A stretch of 64,000 bases of DNA from Williopsis jadinii (taxonomy: Eukaryota), in contig AP024667.1 in NCBI GenBank assembly GCA_024346625.1, positions 1,178,001 to 1,242,000 on the forward strand, given 5' to 3'. Under the pieces are notes generated by a model. The model worked only from the letters and a program-made list of their open reading frames with translations. It made no database searches and was not told the DNA's origin. Shown here one piece after another: positions 54,463 to 64,000 of the stretch; position 1 is the stretch's first letter; every line of letters starts with the position of its first letter. Position numbers and translations under genes: made by a program.

Positions 54463-55779
54463 ATGACTGAATACGCAAAGAGACACACGGACTCCCTGCT
54501 GGAGAACCCAGAGTCCAAAAGGCCGGAGCCAGATGCCACAGCTACATCTGAGGGTGTTTTAAAAAAGCCAAATAAGCCAGGCCGCAAACCGTTGGATACT
54601 GAGCCAAAGAATAAGAGAACTGCGCAGAATCGAGCTGCTCAGAGGGCATTCCGGGAGCGTAAAGAGCGTAAGATGAAGGAATTAGAAGAGAAGATCACGA
54701 CTTTGGAGGACGAGAAGAGATTTGCCACTACTGAGTCTGAGTTCCTCAGACTGCAGGTACAAATGCTTACGCAAGAACTGGCGAAGCATAGAGGTACCAC
54801 GGACCTCAGCGATTTGAAATTACCCTTGTTTACCAGTCCTACAGAGACAAATTCAACCCCAAACAGTGAAGTGTCGACGGTGTTAACATCAGTGGGATCC
54901 GATAATGAGTTGAAAAGGACTCAACAGGAATTCTCGTTTGAATTTCCTTGGAGCCGTAAGAGTTCCACTACAAATTCTAAGAGAAGTCCTAATGCTAGTA
55001 ACGCGAGCTCCAATAACGTTCCAACTTTGGCATCAGATGCTTCTACATGCTCATCCCAATCCTCACCTTTTGACTTGTACAACAGTGAAGAACAGAACGA
55101 ATTACCCCTTTTCAACAAAGTGGTTAAGGATTCTACAAAGATGCCTACTGAAAAGTTCAACTTCTCTGAACATTTCGACGAAGGGGTGAACTTTTGCTCA
55201 GATTTGGGTAAGGCTTGTGGCACGAGGGAATGTCCTATACCTGAAGTTAAATCGAACACCAATACGCCGTTACCAGTGGAATTGGACCATAACGATCCTC
55301 TGAACTCGCTTGAAGATCCAGCGTTGGACTTCAATTTTGGTACTTTTGATCCTACAGTGGCATTTGCAAACGAATCGAGTTATGCGGATCTGTTTGACTC
55401 TCATGGGGAGTCTGATCCACTAGTAGGATTAGTCACTGAGGAGAGTGCATACGATCCATTCAGTATGTTTAAAGATACACATGCCAGAGTTGTTGAAAGA
55501 CGGGAAGAGGCTGAACATGAGGAAGAAGAGGAGCCACAACAAGAACAAGAACAAGAACAAGAACAAGAACAAGATCCAGACGTTGTGCCTTCGAATGAAC
55601 ATCGCTTGATGAAATGTACCGAAATTTGGGATAGAATAACGTCACATCCAAAATATGCGGATATTGATATCGACGGTCTATGCTCAGAATTGAGATCAAA
55701 GGCCAAATGTTCCGACAAAGGTGTCGTTATTGATTATAAAGATGTTAACCAAGTTATACAGAGGAACATTAGGAAATGA
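54463..55779 (+). CDS. YAP1: AP-1-like bZIP oxidative stress transcription factor (Yap1/Cap1)
   Basis: First ATG at 54463. Basic region KRTAQNRAAQRAFRERKERKMKELE, n-CRD FCSDLGKACGTRECP and c-CRD CTEIWDRITSHPKYADIDIDGLCSELRSKAKCS. Confidence 0.95.
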   Translation: MTEYAKRHTDSLLENPESKRPEPDATATSEGVLKKPNKPGRKPLDTEPKNKRTAQNRAAQRAFRERKERKMKELEEKITTLEDEKRFATTESEFLRLQVQMLTQELAKHRGTTDLSDLKLPLFTSPTETNSTPNSEVSTVLTSVGSDNELKRTQQEFSFEFPWSRKSSTTNSKRSPNASNASSNNVPTLASDASTCSSQSSPFDLYNSEEQNELPLFNKVVKDSTKMPTEKFNFSEHFDEGVNFCSDLGKACGTRECPIPEVKSNTNTPLPVELDHNDPLNSLEDPALDFNFGTFDPTVAFANESSYADLFDSHGESDPLVGLVTEESAYDPFSMFKDTHARVVERREEAEHEEEEEPQQEQEQEQEQEQDPDVVPSNEHRLMKCTEIWDRITSHPKYADIDIDGLCSELRSKAKCSDKGVVIDYKDVNQVIQRNIRK

Positions 55780-55780
55780 T

Positions 55781-56706
55781 CTATTCAATATTCTCGGTAT
55801 ATAGGAGTTGTGTGTTGTTTTTCTTGTCTTCTTTTCTTTGACGAAGTTTTATGATATAGTGTTTATGTGATATTTTAGTACAGGAACATGTTGTAATGAC
55901 GAACCTATTTATGTATGGCGATACCCTCTTTAATTTGGCATTGGTCCAACCCTTTGATCTCAGGTAGTGTATACAGTCAGTCAGAACAATAGATTCCCAT
56001 AGATCTGAGAGATGTCGCTTTTTAAGTAACCAATTGATGAAGTCGATACTCCCATCATCATTTTGAAAGATGTCTTGTACCTCTCTTGGTGAGAGGAACC
56101 TCAGACCCTGTATGCTTAACCAAGATGGTGGGGTCACATCATAACGAATTAACAGAGATTTCACCTTATACCGACAACAGGGGACAACCAACATTCCCTT
56201 GATGTTTAAAAGCACGTCCAAATCCGAATAGGAGTTAACCAGCACTTGATCGTAATGTCAAAACATATATCAAGTCTAGTCAGTAGACAATTGGGTACAC
56301 TTTTATTTATCTTTTTATGACTAAGTGCAAACTGCTTGAAATTGGTCAGATTATTGATGGTATCAACGCAGTAAACCTCGCTGTCTCTCAACAAGTCCTG
56401 TCTCTTTGATGTCTTTACCCTGTTCAGATTCTTTTCAATACAGATCATGTTGATATGACAGGACAGTGCTCTTTATAAGTACGACTAACCAGAGCCAATG
56501 TCAATGACAAACTCAATGCTGTAAGCTCCGCAGTATTCCAATATCAGGGGAACCAATTGTGACACCTCATGTAGTTTCCTTGGACTTAGCCTTGATAAAC
56601 CTTTAACCTCATCCCGTATGGGGACATCGCCAATCTTATCAACAAGATCATCATCGTTGACAACTCCACTTCTAAAATTTGTTAGTAGTTCCTCTATTGT
56701 ATGCAT
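55781..56706 (-). pseudogene. Disrupted SAM-dependent methyltransferase, METTL25/RRNAD1-like
   Basis: Three consecutive ORFs join into RKLHEVSQL...VIDIGSG*SYL*RALS...MICIE...LLTRLDICFDI /frameshift/ ...LVVPCCRYKV. This matches family motifs KxHEV, DxGSGxGYL, GLHxCGDL and xCCY. Two in-frame stops fall in motif I, plus one frameshift. Confidence 0.7.
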
Positions 56707-56957
56707 TGTGGGGAGAAAAGACTACAGAGGATAAGAATGACTTCAGCATGTTATTTTTTCTTTGCCTTGCATAGTTTTGTAATGTACGTAAAAATTCTTT
56801 TCTGTAATTCCTTCTTTTTTGGGGGAGAATATATTCTTATAAATCATAACAGGTCTCTTCATCACCCTCAGTTCTTTGCGTTCGGTTCCTCTTTTTTGTA
56901 TATGTGATAGAGGAAAGAAACAAGAGAGGGATCAACAAATGTTGTCAATTCGACACT

Positions 56958-57569
56958 TTAAATGGCCTCCTTCAAAGCCTGGTTCAACTTGGCAACCTTG
57001 GAAGCAACAGACAAGTCAACGGTTCTATCACCAACCTCGACGATCAATCCACCTTGGATATCAGCGTCAACCTTGTTTTGCAATCTCAATGTCTTACCGG
57101 AGCCGACAAACTTGGACTTGGTGATAGAGGATTCAATCTTCTTCAAGATCTTAGAGTCCAATTGGGTAGCAGAGGTAACAACAGCCTCGACAACACCACT
57201 GTGAGCATCAGTCAACACCTTGAATTGAGCAAAGATACCCTCGAGCAAGTTCAATCTGTTGTTGTCACCCAAAACCTTCAACAGGTTGGCGACAGACGAG
57301 TCCAGAGACACCTGCTTGGCCAAGGTGTCAACAACAACAGCACGGTCCTCGAAGGACAATGCTGGGTTACTCAAAATCGCACCAACCTTGGCGTCTTGAG
57401 AAACGAGTGTCTTCAAAGAGTCCAATGACTTAGCAGCCTTCTCAACAGATGTGGACTTAGCAGCGGCAGTGTAGAGAGCGGACGCATAGGTTCCCTCCAA
57501 ACCGAACAATTGAACCGGTGGCTTAACAGAGGTCGCGAGTGTACGTCTAAAGATGAGTCTTGAGGCCAT
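56958..57569 (-). CDS. ATP5: ATP synthase subunit 5 (OSCP)
   Basis: Presequence then [31 protein letters not shown] and [18 protein letters not shown]. Confidence 0.97.
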   Translation of the reverse strand: MASRLIFRRTLATSVKPPVQLFGLEGTYASALYTAAAKSTSVEKAAKSLDSLKTLVSQDAKVGAILSNPALSFEDRAVVVDTLAKQVSLDSSVANLLKVLGDNNRLNLLEGIFAQFKVLTDAHSGVVEAVVTSATQLDSKILKKIESSITKSKFVGSGKTLRLQNKVDADIQGGLIVEVGDRTVDLSVASKVAKLNQALKEAI

Positions 57570-58005
57570 TGTTTTTCTTTCTTCGATGAAGTTGTGTGTT
57601 CTTCTCGTTTGAAGAGTTGGAAAAGGGGGTTTTTTGCTTCAGTTTGTTGATGATTTTTTTCGTTGTCCACCCGCGCGGGACACAGAAACCACAAAAGCGC
57701 ACTGGTGAAGGAGAAGGGGAAAAATGCCGCGATTTCATTGGAGAAAATAATGGGGAAATATCCAGATTGGGTAATTGCGATATTAGGATATGTAGAAATA
57801 GCTATAATAGGTAATTATCTCAATAAGGAAATACGAGGGCTTTATGGGGAATTTTCTGGTCGTAATTCGTACTCTCCTGGTCCGTTTTGTGTTTTTTTTC
57901 TCGTTCTTCTTCAGCAAAAGTCAACGAACTTTTCGTCTCGCTTTCTTCATAATCAACATCAACATCAAGGTCGGAGAAGAAGGAGCAATCCGCGTGGGTT
58001 AAAAG

Positions 58006-59145
58006 ATGTTCAGATTCATTAGACCACTGTGGAGTGTGCAGAGAAACTGCATACGATTCTCGTCTACGCTTGGTGAGTCAAGCACTGCGGTGGAGACACC
58101 AGTGAAGCAGGAGCTTCTAAGCAGAACCTCTCTGCTGACAATTCCACCAAGGGACTCGGACCTGACCGCCTTGGAAAGACAGGATGAAATCATCAAGAGA
58201 CGTCGGAAACTGGCAAAGACTGTCGTTGAGATTAAGAAGTTCAAGCCACGTTCCCCTGGTCGCAGATGGTTCAGAGCCCCAATTTACCCATACCTCTGGA
58301 AAGGGTCACCTTACTTCCCGTTGACCGCCGCCATTAGAGCCACCGGTGGTAGAAACAATACGGGTCATATCACCGTGAGATTTAGAGGTGGTGGACACAA
58401 GCGCCGTGCAAGAATTGTTGATTTCAAGCGGGCTGAGGCTGGTAAGCAGAAGGTTCTCCGTATAGAATACGATCCGACAAGAACCGCTCACGTTGCGCTT
58501 ATGAAGAATCTGGACACGAAAAAGATTTCTTATTACTTGGCTTGCGATGGTATGAGAGCCGGTGATATAGTGGAGAGTTACAGAACGGGTATCCCAGAGG
58601 ACTTGATGCAAGAGATGGGTGGTAAGATCGACCCTGCCATCTTAAGTGCTAGAACAAACCAGAAGGGTAATTGTCTACCGTTGAGAATGATCCCAGTCGG
58701 TGCTGTTATCCATGCTATCGGTATCACCAGAGATGGTGCTGCCAAATTCTGTAGATCTGCTGGTACATATGGTCGTCTGATGCAAAAATTACCTGAAAAG
58801 GGTAAAGCTGTTGTTAAACTACAATCCGGTGAGCAACGTTATGTCCATTTGGATGCATGTGCTACACTTGGGATAGTTTCAAATATCGACCATCAACACG
58901 CCAAATGGGGTAAGGCTGGTCGTTCACGCCACAGGGGTTTCAGACCAAGGGTCCGTGGTGTAGCCATGAACAAATGTGACCATCCCCACGGTGGTGGTCG
59001 TGGTAAATCCAAATCTAACAAGTTATCCATGTCCCCATGGGGTGTCTTGGCCAAGGGTTACAAGACAAGAAGAGGCAAACATCAGAATAACATGAAGGTT
59101 AGAGATAGACCAAGAGGTAAAGCTGGCAAAGGTATGAGAGGTTAA
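58006..59145 (+). CDS. RML2: Mitochondrial ribosomal protein uL2m
   Basis: [38 protein letters not shown] and [19 protein letters not shown]. Puf3-type TGTACATA at 59199-59206 downstream of the stop. Confidence 0.96.
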   Translation: MFRFIRPLWSVQRNCIRFSSTLGESSTAVETPVKQELLSRTSLLTIPPRDSDLTALERQDEIIKRRRKLAKTVVEIKKFKPRSPGRRWFRAPIYPYLWKGSPYFPLTAAIRATGGRNNTGHITVRFRGGGHKRRARIVDFKRAEAGKQKVLRIEYDPTRTAHVALMKNLDTKKISYYLACDGMRAGDIVESYRTGIPEDLMQEMGGKIDPAILSARTNQKGNCLPLRMIPVGAVIHAIGITRDGAAKFCRSAGTYGRLMQKLPEKGKAVVKLQSGEQRYVHLDACATLGIVSNIDHQHAKWGKAGRSRHRGFRPRVRGVAMNKCDHPHGGGRGKSKSNKLSMSPWGVLAKGYKTRRGKHQNNMKVRDRPRGKAGKGMRG

Positions 59146-59895
59146 GTCACTGGTGCTTTTTTCATTCCCTTTGTCTATACATATAACATGTTTTTAATTG
59201 TACATAGCTTAAATTGACTACATGATAGTTACTATAACTGTATTGCTTGTATTTTGTTTGTTCCATCCATCATTGTCAATCTGGTATAGTTAACATCGCT
59301 CAAATAGTCTGTGACTATGTGTCATAACACATCCAAACACCGAGAGACACATATACACCACGCTTAAAAGCTGTCCCATACAGCACTGATTTACAATGAT
59401 TTTGTTTGAGTGAAGGAAAGCTTTATTTATCTTTAACATATGGAACACTATGCCTCTATGCTCCCACTCTTATTTCACCGCTATCATTCCATTATAGGAC
59501 TCATATGTTTCGTCGTGAGGCATCAATATTAACACCCGAACATCAATAACAGAAGCTGTCGACTCAGAACCAAAAGCCCCACACCACTTGAAGCTCCAAT
59601 TGTAAATTTATAATGCCCGCCAGTCAAAGCTCCTACCCACATTCCTTATCGACACTTCCACGGAGAACTTCGTCCCAGAACAATGACTAATCACAAAAAA
59701 AGAGAAGGCAATTAAGAGGAATCGAATGCTTCGCTCTAATTGGCCAATTGTCATTTATTCGATCGGTGCGTAATCTCTCGCGATGTAGCAAAAAACAAAA
59801 AAAAAACATCCATCGAAAGCACTCTTTTGACCGCCACAAGCAGAATGTAAACAAACAGAAAACGTTCTCGCTTTGGAGTTTGAGATAGGGCGGTT

Positions 59896-62800
59896 ATGTC
59901 ATTTGTCAATCCATTTGGTTCTAAAGACGGTGGCTCGAACGGATTAGGCCATAACGGGTTTGAAGTGTCTTTGAACTTCGTGGCGGGTCTTCCAGATGCG
60001 AATCTGGTTCAGCATTCAACGTTAAAGTTGACGTTTAAGGCGCTGTTGAAAAGGGATGACACGACAAAGGAAAGGGCGCTTGTGGAGCTGTGCAACTTCA
60101 TATGTGCTGAGAACCTGGAAGCGCTGAAAGATGATATGGTGCTGATGACATGGGTCCAGCTGTATCCCAAACTATCGGTATCAGATTCAAAGAATGTGAG
60201 ATCTTTGGCTCATCAGGCCGAGACACTATTCATTTCGGTGCTGCAGAGGTCATATGCCAAATACCTAAAGGATACTATCCCTGTGCTCCTCACAGGGATC
60301 TACGATATGGACTCGTCGGTGGTGAATTCAACGCTAAAGAACATGTCCACCGCGTTCAAAGATACTACGAAGATTAACAATCTTTGGATCATATTCCAAC
60401 TCGAATTGTTGGAGTTCGCTGATCAGGTGATCAATAAGGAGACTGTGGATTCCATATCTGATGATAGATTCGTTTCCAGAGCTGAAATGGAGCTGAAATA
60501 TCAAAGACTTGTCAATGCCTCGATTTCAGTGGTTTCCCATCTCATACAATTAGCGTTAAAGACCTCACCGGAGAAGGTGGAATCGAATATTGAGAAGTAT
60601 CAAGAGTTTTTCCTATATGAAAACCTGTGGCATTATCTCAGGGTCAGTTCTAACGGTAACGTCCAGAGAATTTATAAAACTGTTCTTTCTCTGGTAAATG
60701 CCGTGATTAAATTGAAACCTGAGCTGTTGACTCCAAAGGCTTGGAAACTTATGACCAAGAGGCTGCTAAAATCTTTGACTTTTGCTAAGAAAGTCGATCT
60801 CTCCTCAAAGAACTCATTGTTGTATTCATCACTAATAATTCCTATCATTTCAACTTTGAACAACGTCAGTGAAGTAAACCCATCTTTTTACGAGAATGAC
60901 AAATCTTACAAAGAGAGAATTACTGATTTTTTGAAGCTGGGTTCATTAAGCTCCAATTCTTCATACTACAACCAGGTCTACAAGTTGATTGCGGATTCAA
61001 ACATCTATTCAAAAGATGACTTTGTGGAACTCGAAAAGGTATTGCACAACGATTTCGTGTTGGAATTGGAAACCAATTCAAAGATAAGAAATGGCGCACC
61101 ATTCATAGTGGAATCTTTATCCTGTTATCTAAAGTTTGTTGCAAACAACACAGCATTCGACTCTTTGAATGCTGTTTTAGATGAAATTGTTCAGGTTACA
61201 CAGCCAGTTTCTGAAATGCTCGTGGCTCCATTAGTCAGTTTCATCTCTGATGATGCTCTCAAAGATGCATTGGCAAAATGGTGTATATCACCATGCGAGA
61301 ACCTCGAAACTTTATTGACGGTTGCATTCAAGAGAAATGTCTCCATAGAATTTATACTGGAAGTAACACTGGAAGATTTACGTGAAAAGGCACAAGCTGA
61401 TGAAAAGGGCGAAACCTTTAAGCGTCATCCATGTTTCACGGTTTTTGATTTTGTGCTGAAGAATAACCTTACTCAGTATAAACCACAGTTTGATGAATTT
61501 TTAGAGGAACTTCCTTCTTATATCACACCACTCCTGATTGATAAACCTATTGATATCTTGGAGCACTATTCAAGATCTGCACTGTATGATGAGGGTCTAT
61601 TTGTTGACACTTTTGATTGCTTTGCGTTACAGTTGGATACAATGGACTTGAAGGATAAGTTGCTCTCAAGGATGGATTCCATGGATCACAAGAACATTCT
61701 GTTGAAAAGTTCTAAAGAGTTGGAAATTGTTATCCATGAAAGCTTTGCTGATTATGACTTTTCAACAGACTCATTGTTTAAGGCGCATCTCCTTTCTGAA
61801 AGTTCTGCTTTAAATCTATGGAACTTGGCAAAACAACAAAGAAAAGAGCCTTTATTTATCAAATATCTCTTAGATAACAATGGCGCATCATTACTTCCTT
61901 CATTGTTAAGGGAAACTGATATTTTGCAATCAGTGTTGTGGCTTGGAGACGTTAATGAAAATTTCCACGAAGGAGTGCAAAGACTTTTCGGTGATGAATC
62001 GATCCAAGAAGAGTATTTCCGATTGTTGAAACAAGCAGTGACACAATCAGGAGCTACACCTTCAATTGTGGCAATTGTTAAACAGCTGATTACCAAATCT
62101 CCTGAGGTCCGTTTGATTATTTTTGGCGGTGATCACATGATGGACCTAGTCGAAGCATATGGTGATGTCATAGATTCGAGATTGTCAATCGGCAACCCAT
62201 TACAAACAAGCATCTACCTTCTCCCAACAGAGCCTAATAGTTTCAAATTTGAGGCTCTCGGTGGTATCATCAGATATGCCATTTTCTTACAAGCCATCGG
62301 ATTGACTGATGACTTGTTTTATTTGTCAATAATTGCCGAAATTGCAACGGATTATGAATTCCTTAATGATGGAACCCACGTATCAGTGGATGCACCTGCT
62401 TTACAGCCTCTGAAAACCCAATTGATCTCAAAATTTTCTGGCGAGGACTATGCTTCATTGGTTTCCCAGCTGATTTCCAGATCTTATCAAGGTTCATTAA
62501 ATGAGTTGATTTCAGAAAGCAATATCATTGGGTTCTATGGTACACGTCTATTGAAATTAATTCTGCAAAAGGTCACCATATCACCAAAGCAAATAGCAGG
62601 GTTGGATTTTGACGGGTTTACCCGTTCTACCGTACGTTCTAAATCTGCAATTGATCATTTGATTTTTAACACAGTTTTGTCTACTCTCCAGCAATTTCTT
62701 CACGATGAGAAATTTGAAAGATCTCGAATTTTAGTTGCATCTGAAACGATTGGTCTTCGTACACCAGAGATCATAACCGTTGGAGTGGAGCGTCTAGTTA

Positions 62801-64000
62801 CCCTTAACAGCTTCTTGTTACTCGACGACTACGAAGCTACCGAGTGTCCTTTGGAACATAGAAGGCTTAACATGGTTATAAGTGAACTGAACAAATGGAT
62901 TGATAGTGAAGTGGCGTATGATGCGGAATTCCGCAAAGTTAGACTATTGATTGTTCAATTTTTACATACCTTGAACAGATATTCGCTAAAAAATGATCAA
63001 TTTGAAGAGTTGACTCACAAGGTCTTACAAGAGGCGAGCGGATTGATCAGCATTGGCGAAGAAGGGATCGAATTGAAGTACTACACTTTAAAGCTGTTCA
63101 TCTTGTTACAAAAGCAAGACAAACTGGATTCAACCGTGGCTAAGGACATTGAGAATGAACTACTGGATGCGTTCGTCAATCAAGAAATTTCATACGTTAA
63201 TCAACCTGTATTGATTTACTTTGAAATGTTGAATCGTGTTTTATCGAAGCTACCAACTAGCCGTTTCGTTGAGTTTTATGATCAATTGGTTTCTAAATAT
63301 CATTCCAATTTGCCTGTTGACATAAAGAGACCGCTCTTGAATATACTGAAACGATTGATTCTTTCAAAGCAGCAGGATCAAGTTATTGAATTTGAACTTT
63401 CCAAAGACCGTGATGATGATTTTGGAAGCTTCAAACTTCCTGAATACATTATAGATGACGTTCGTAATGTTCCAGCCCTGACTGGCAAGAAAGAAGATGA
63501 AGATGACATAAAGCTATTGGAGTATCTATGGCATTGGGACTTAGTGTTATTGAACTTCAAAGACATTACGTTAAGGATGAGATCCATGTTTATTCAACAG
63601 TTGCAGACCGAGAATGATGATCTTTTAACAAAATTCTTAGATTTCTTATCTCTTATCATCATAACGGGAGCTGACGATAAATCATTCATGTCGTTATTGG
63701 AGGACACTACCGATTTTACGGATTATGACTTTGTCAATAGTCACTGTGAAAGTACCGGTGAAGAAGTGAAATTACTTGCGGTTCATTTATACTTCACTAT
63801 TCTTTCAACCATTGGCTCGCTTGGATCCAGTTGGTTTAGTGACATCAAGGACCGTGGGTTCAAACAAACATTAGAGAAGTTCACCACGAAGTATATCAGT
63901 CCAAGTCTTATTGATAAGAAGCTGGTTCATTTCGAAAACCAGGTTGACAAGTTTATGGAAGAACATGAAAATCTTACAGTTAAAGTGAACCGTATCACCA
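59896..64000 (+). CDS. RKR1: Ribosome quality-control E3 ligase listerin (3' end with the RING domain is outside the window)
   Basis: ATG at 59896 gives MSFVNPFGSKDGGSNGLGHNGFEVSLNFVAGLPD...LTFKALLKRDDTTKERAL...WVQLYPKLS, the Ltn1/Rkr1 N-terminal signature. The frame appears open to the window end, which explains its absence from the ORF track. Confidence 0.92.
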   Translation, partial: MSFVNPFGSKDGGSNGLGHNGFEVSLNFVAGLPDANLVQHSTLKLTFKALLKRDDTTKERALVELCNFICAENLEALKDDMVLMTWVQLYPKLSVSDSKNVRSLAHQAETLFISVLQRSYAKYLKDTIPVLLTGIYDMDSSVVNSTLKNMSTAFKDTTKINNLWIIFQLELLEFADQVINKETVDSISDDRFVSRAEMELKYQRLVNASISVVSHLIQLALKTSPEKVESNIEKYQEFFLYENLWHYLRVSSNGNVQRIYKTVLSLVNAVIKLKPELLTPKAWKLMTKRLLKSLTFAKKVDLSSKNSLLYSSLIIPIISTLNNVSEVNPSFYENDKSYKERITDFLKLGSLSSNSSYYNQVYKLIADSNIYSKDDFVELEKVLHNDFVLELETNSKIRNGAPFIVESLSCYLKFVANNTAFDSLNAVLDEIVQVTQPVSEMLVAPLVSFISDDALKDALAKWCISPCENLETLLTVAFKRNVSIEFILEVTLEDLREKAQADEKGETFKRHPCFTVFDFVLKNNLTQYKPQFDEFLEELPSYITPLLIDKPIDILEHYSRSALYDEGLFVDTFDCFALQLDTMDLKDKLLSRMDSMDHKNILLKSSKELEIVIHESFADYDFSTDSLFKAHLLSESSALNLWNLAKQQRKEPLFIKYLLDNNGASLLPSLLRETDILQSVLWLGDVNENFHEGVQRLFGDESIQEEYFRLLKQAVTQSGATPSIVAIVKQLITKSPEVRLIIFGGDHMMDLVEAYGDVIDSRLSIGNPLQTSIYLLPTEPNSFKFEALGGIIRYAIFLQAIGLTDDLFYLSIIAEIATDYEFLNDGTHVSVDAPALQPLKTQLISKFSGEDYASLVSQLISRSYQGSLNELISESNIIGFYGTRLLKLILQKVTISPKQIAGLDFDGFTRSTVRSKSAIDHLIFNTVLSTLQQFLHDEKFERSRILVASETIGLRTPEIITVGVERLVTLNSFLLLDDYEATECPLEHRRLNMVISELNKWIDSEVAYDAEFRKVRLLIVQFLHTLNRYSLKNDQFEELTHKVLQEASGLISIGEEGIELKYYTLKLFILLQKQDKLDSTVAKDIENELLDAFVNQEISYVNQPVLIYFEMLNRVLSKLPTSRFVEFYDQLVSKYHSNLPVDIKRPLLNILKRLILSKQQDQVIEFELSKDRDDDFGSFKLPEYIIDDVRNVPALTGKKEDEDDIKLLEYLWHWDLVLLNFKDITLRMRSMFIQQLQTENDDLLTKFLDFLSLIIITGADDKSFMSLLEDTTDFTDYDFVNSHCESTGEEVKLLAVHLYFTILSTIGSLGSSWFSDIKDRGFKQTLEKFTTKYISPSLIDKKLVHFENQVDKFMEEHENLTVKVNRIT

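Noticed and set aside
56904..57428. 174-aa ORF antisense to ATP5, and the many other antisense ORFs inside long genes
   Set aside because: Shadow frames of well-supported, codon-biased genes on the opposite strand.

Overview
Budding-yeast (Saccharomycotina) chromosomal DNA using the standard code: CTG sits at conserved Leu positions in MRP17 and RKR1. A single fused Mad3/Bub1 gene suggests a non-WGD lineage. Genes in order: SAC3 (partial), VAC7, MRP17 (spliced), an ~8 kb gene-free gap, a Sut1-like sugar transporter, PUT2, APL6, HSH155, GPI16, BUB1, two tandem PDR5/CDR1-type ABC transporters, two tandem GRE2-like reductases, a ~4 kb gene-poor tract, tRNA-Arg(UCU), GLC3, an APC amino-acid/amine permease, YAP1, a METTL25-like methyltransferase pseudogene, ATP5, RML2 and RKR1 (partial). 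The most striking structure is the gap at ~7.3-15.5 kb. Two diverged ~2 kb inverted arms (about 7851-9838 and 11928-13913) flank a ~2.1 kb AT-rich core. Both arms are decayed N-terminal Helitron Rep/Hel sequence, and a decayed Helitron PIF1-like helicase C-terminus lies just outside the right arm. The layout resembles an inverted-repeat regional centromere and lies next to MRP17, which is CEN-linked in S. cerevisiae. A Helitron-derived centromere is therefore my main hypothesis; it is an inference and is not demonstrated. All identifications come from reading the sequence and recalling family motifs; no searches were run.
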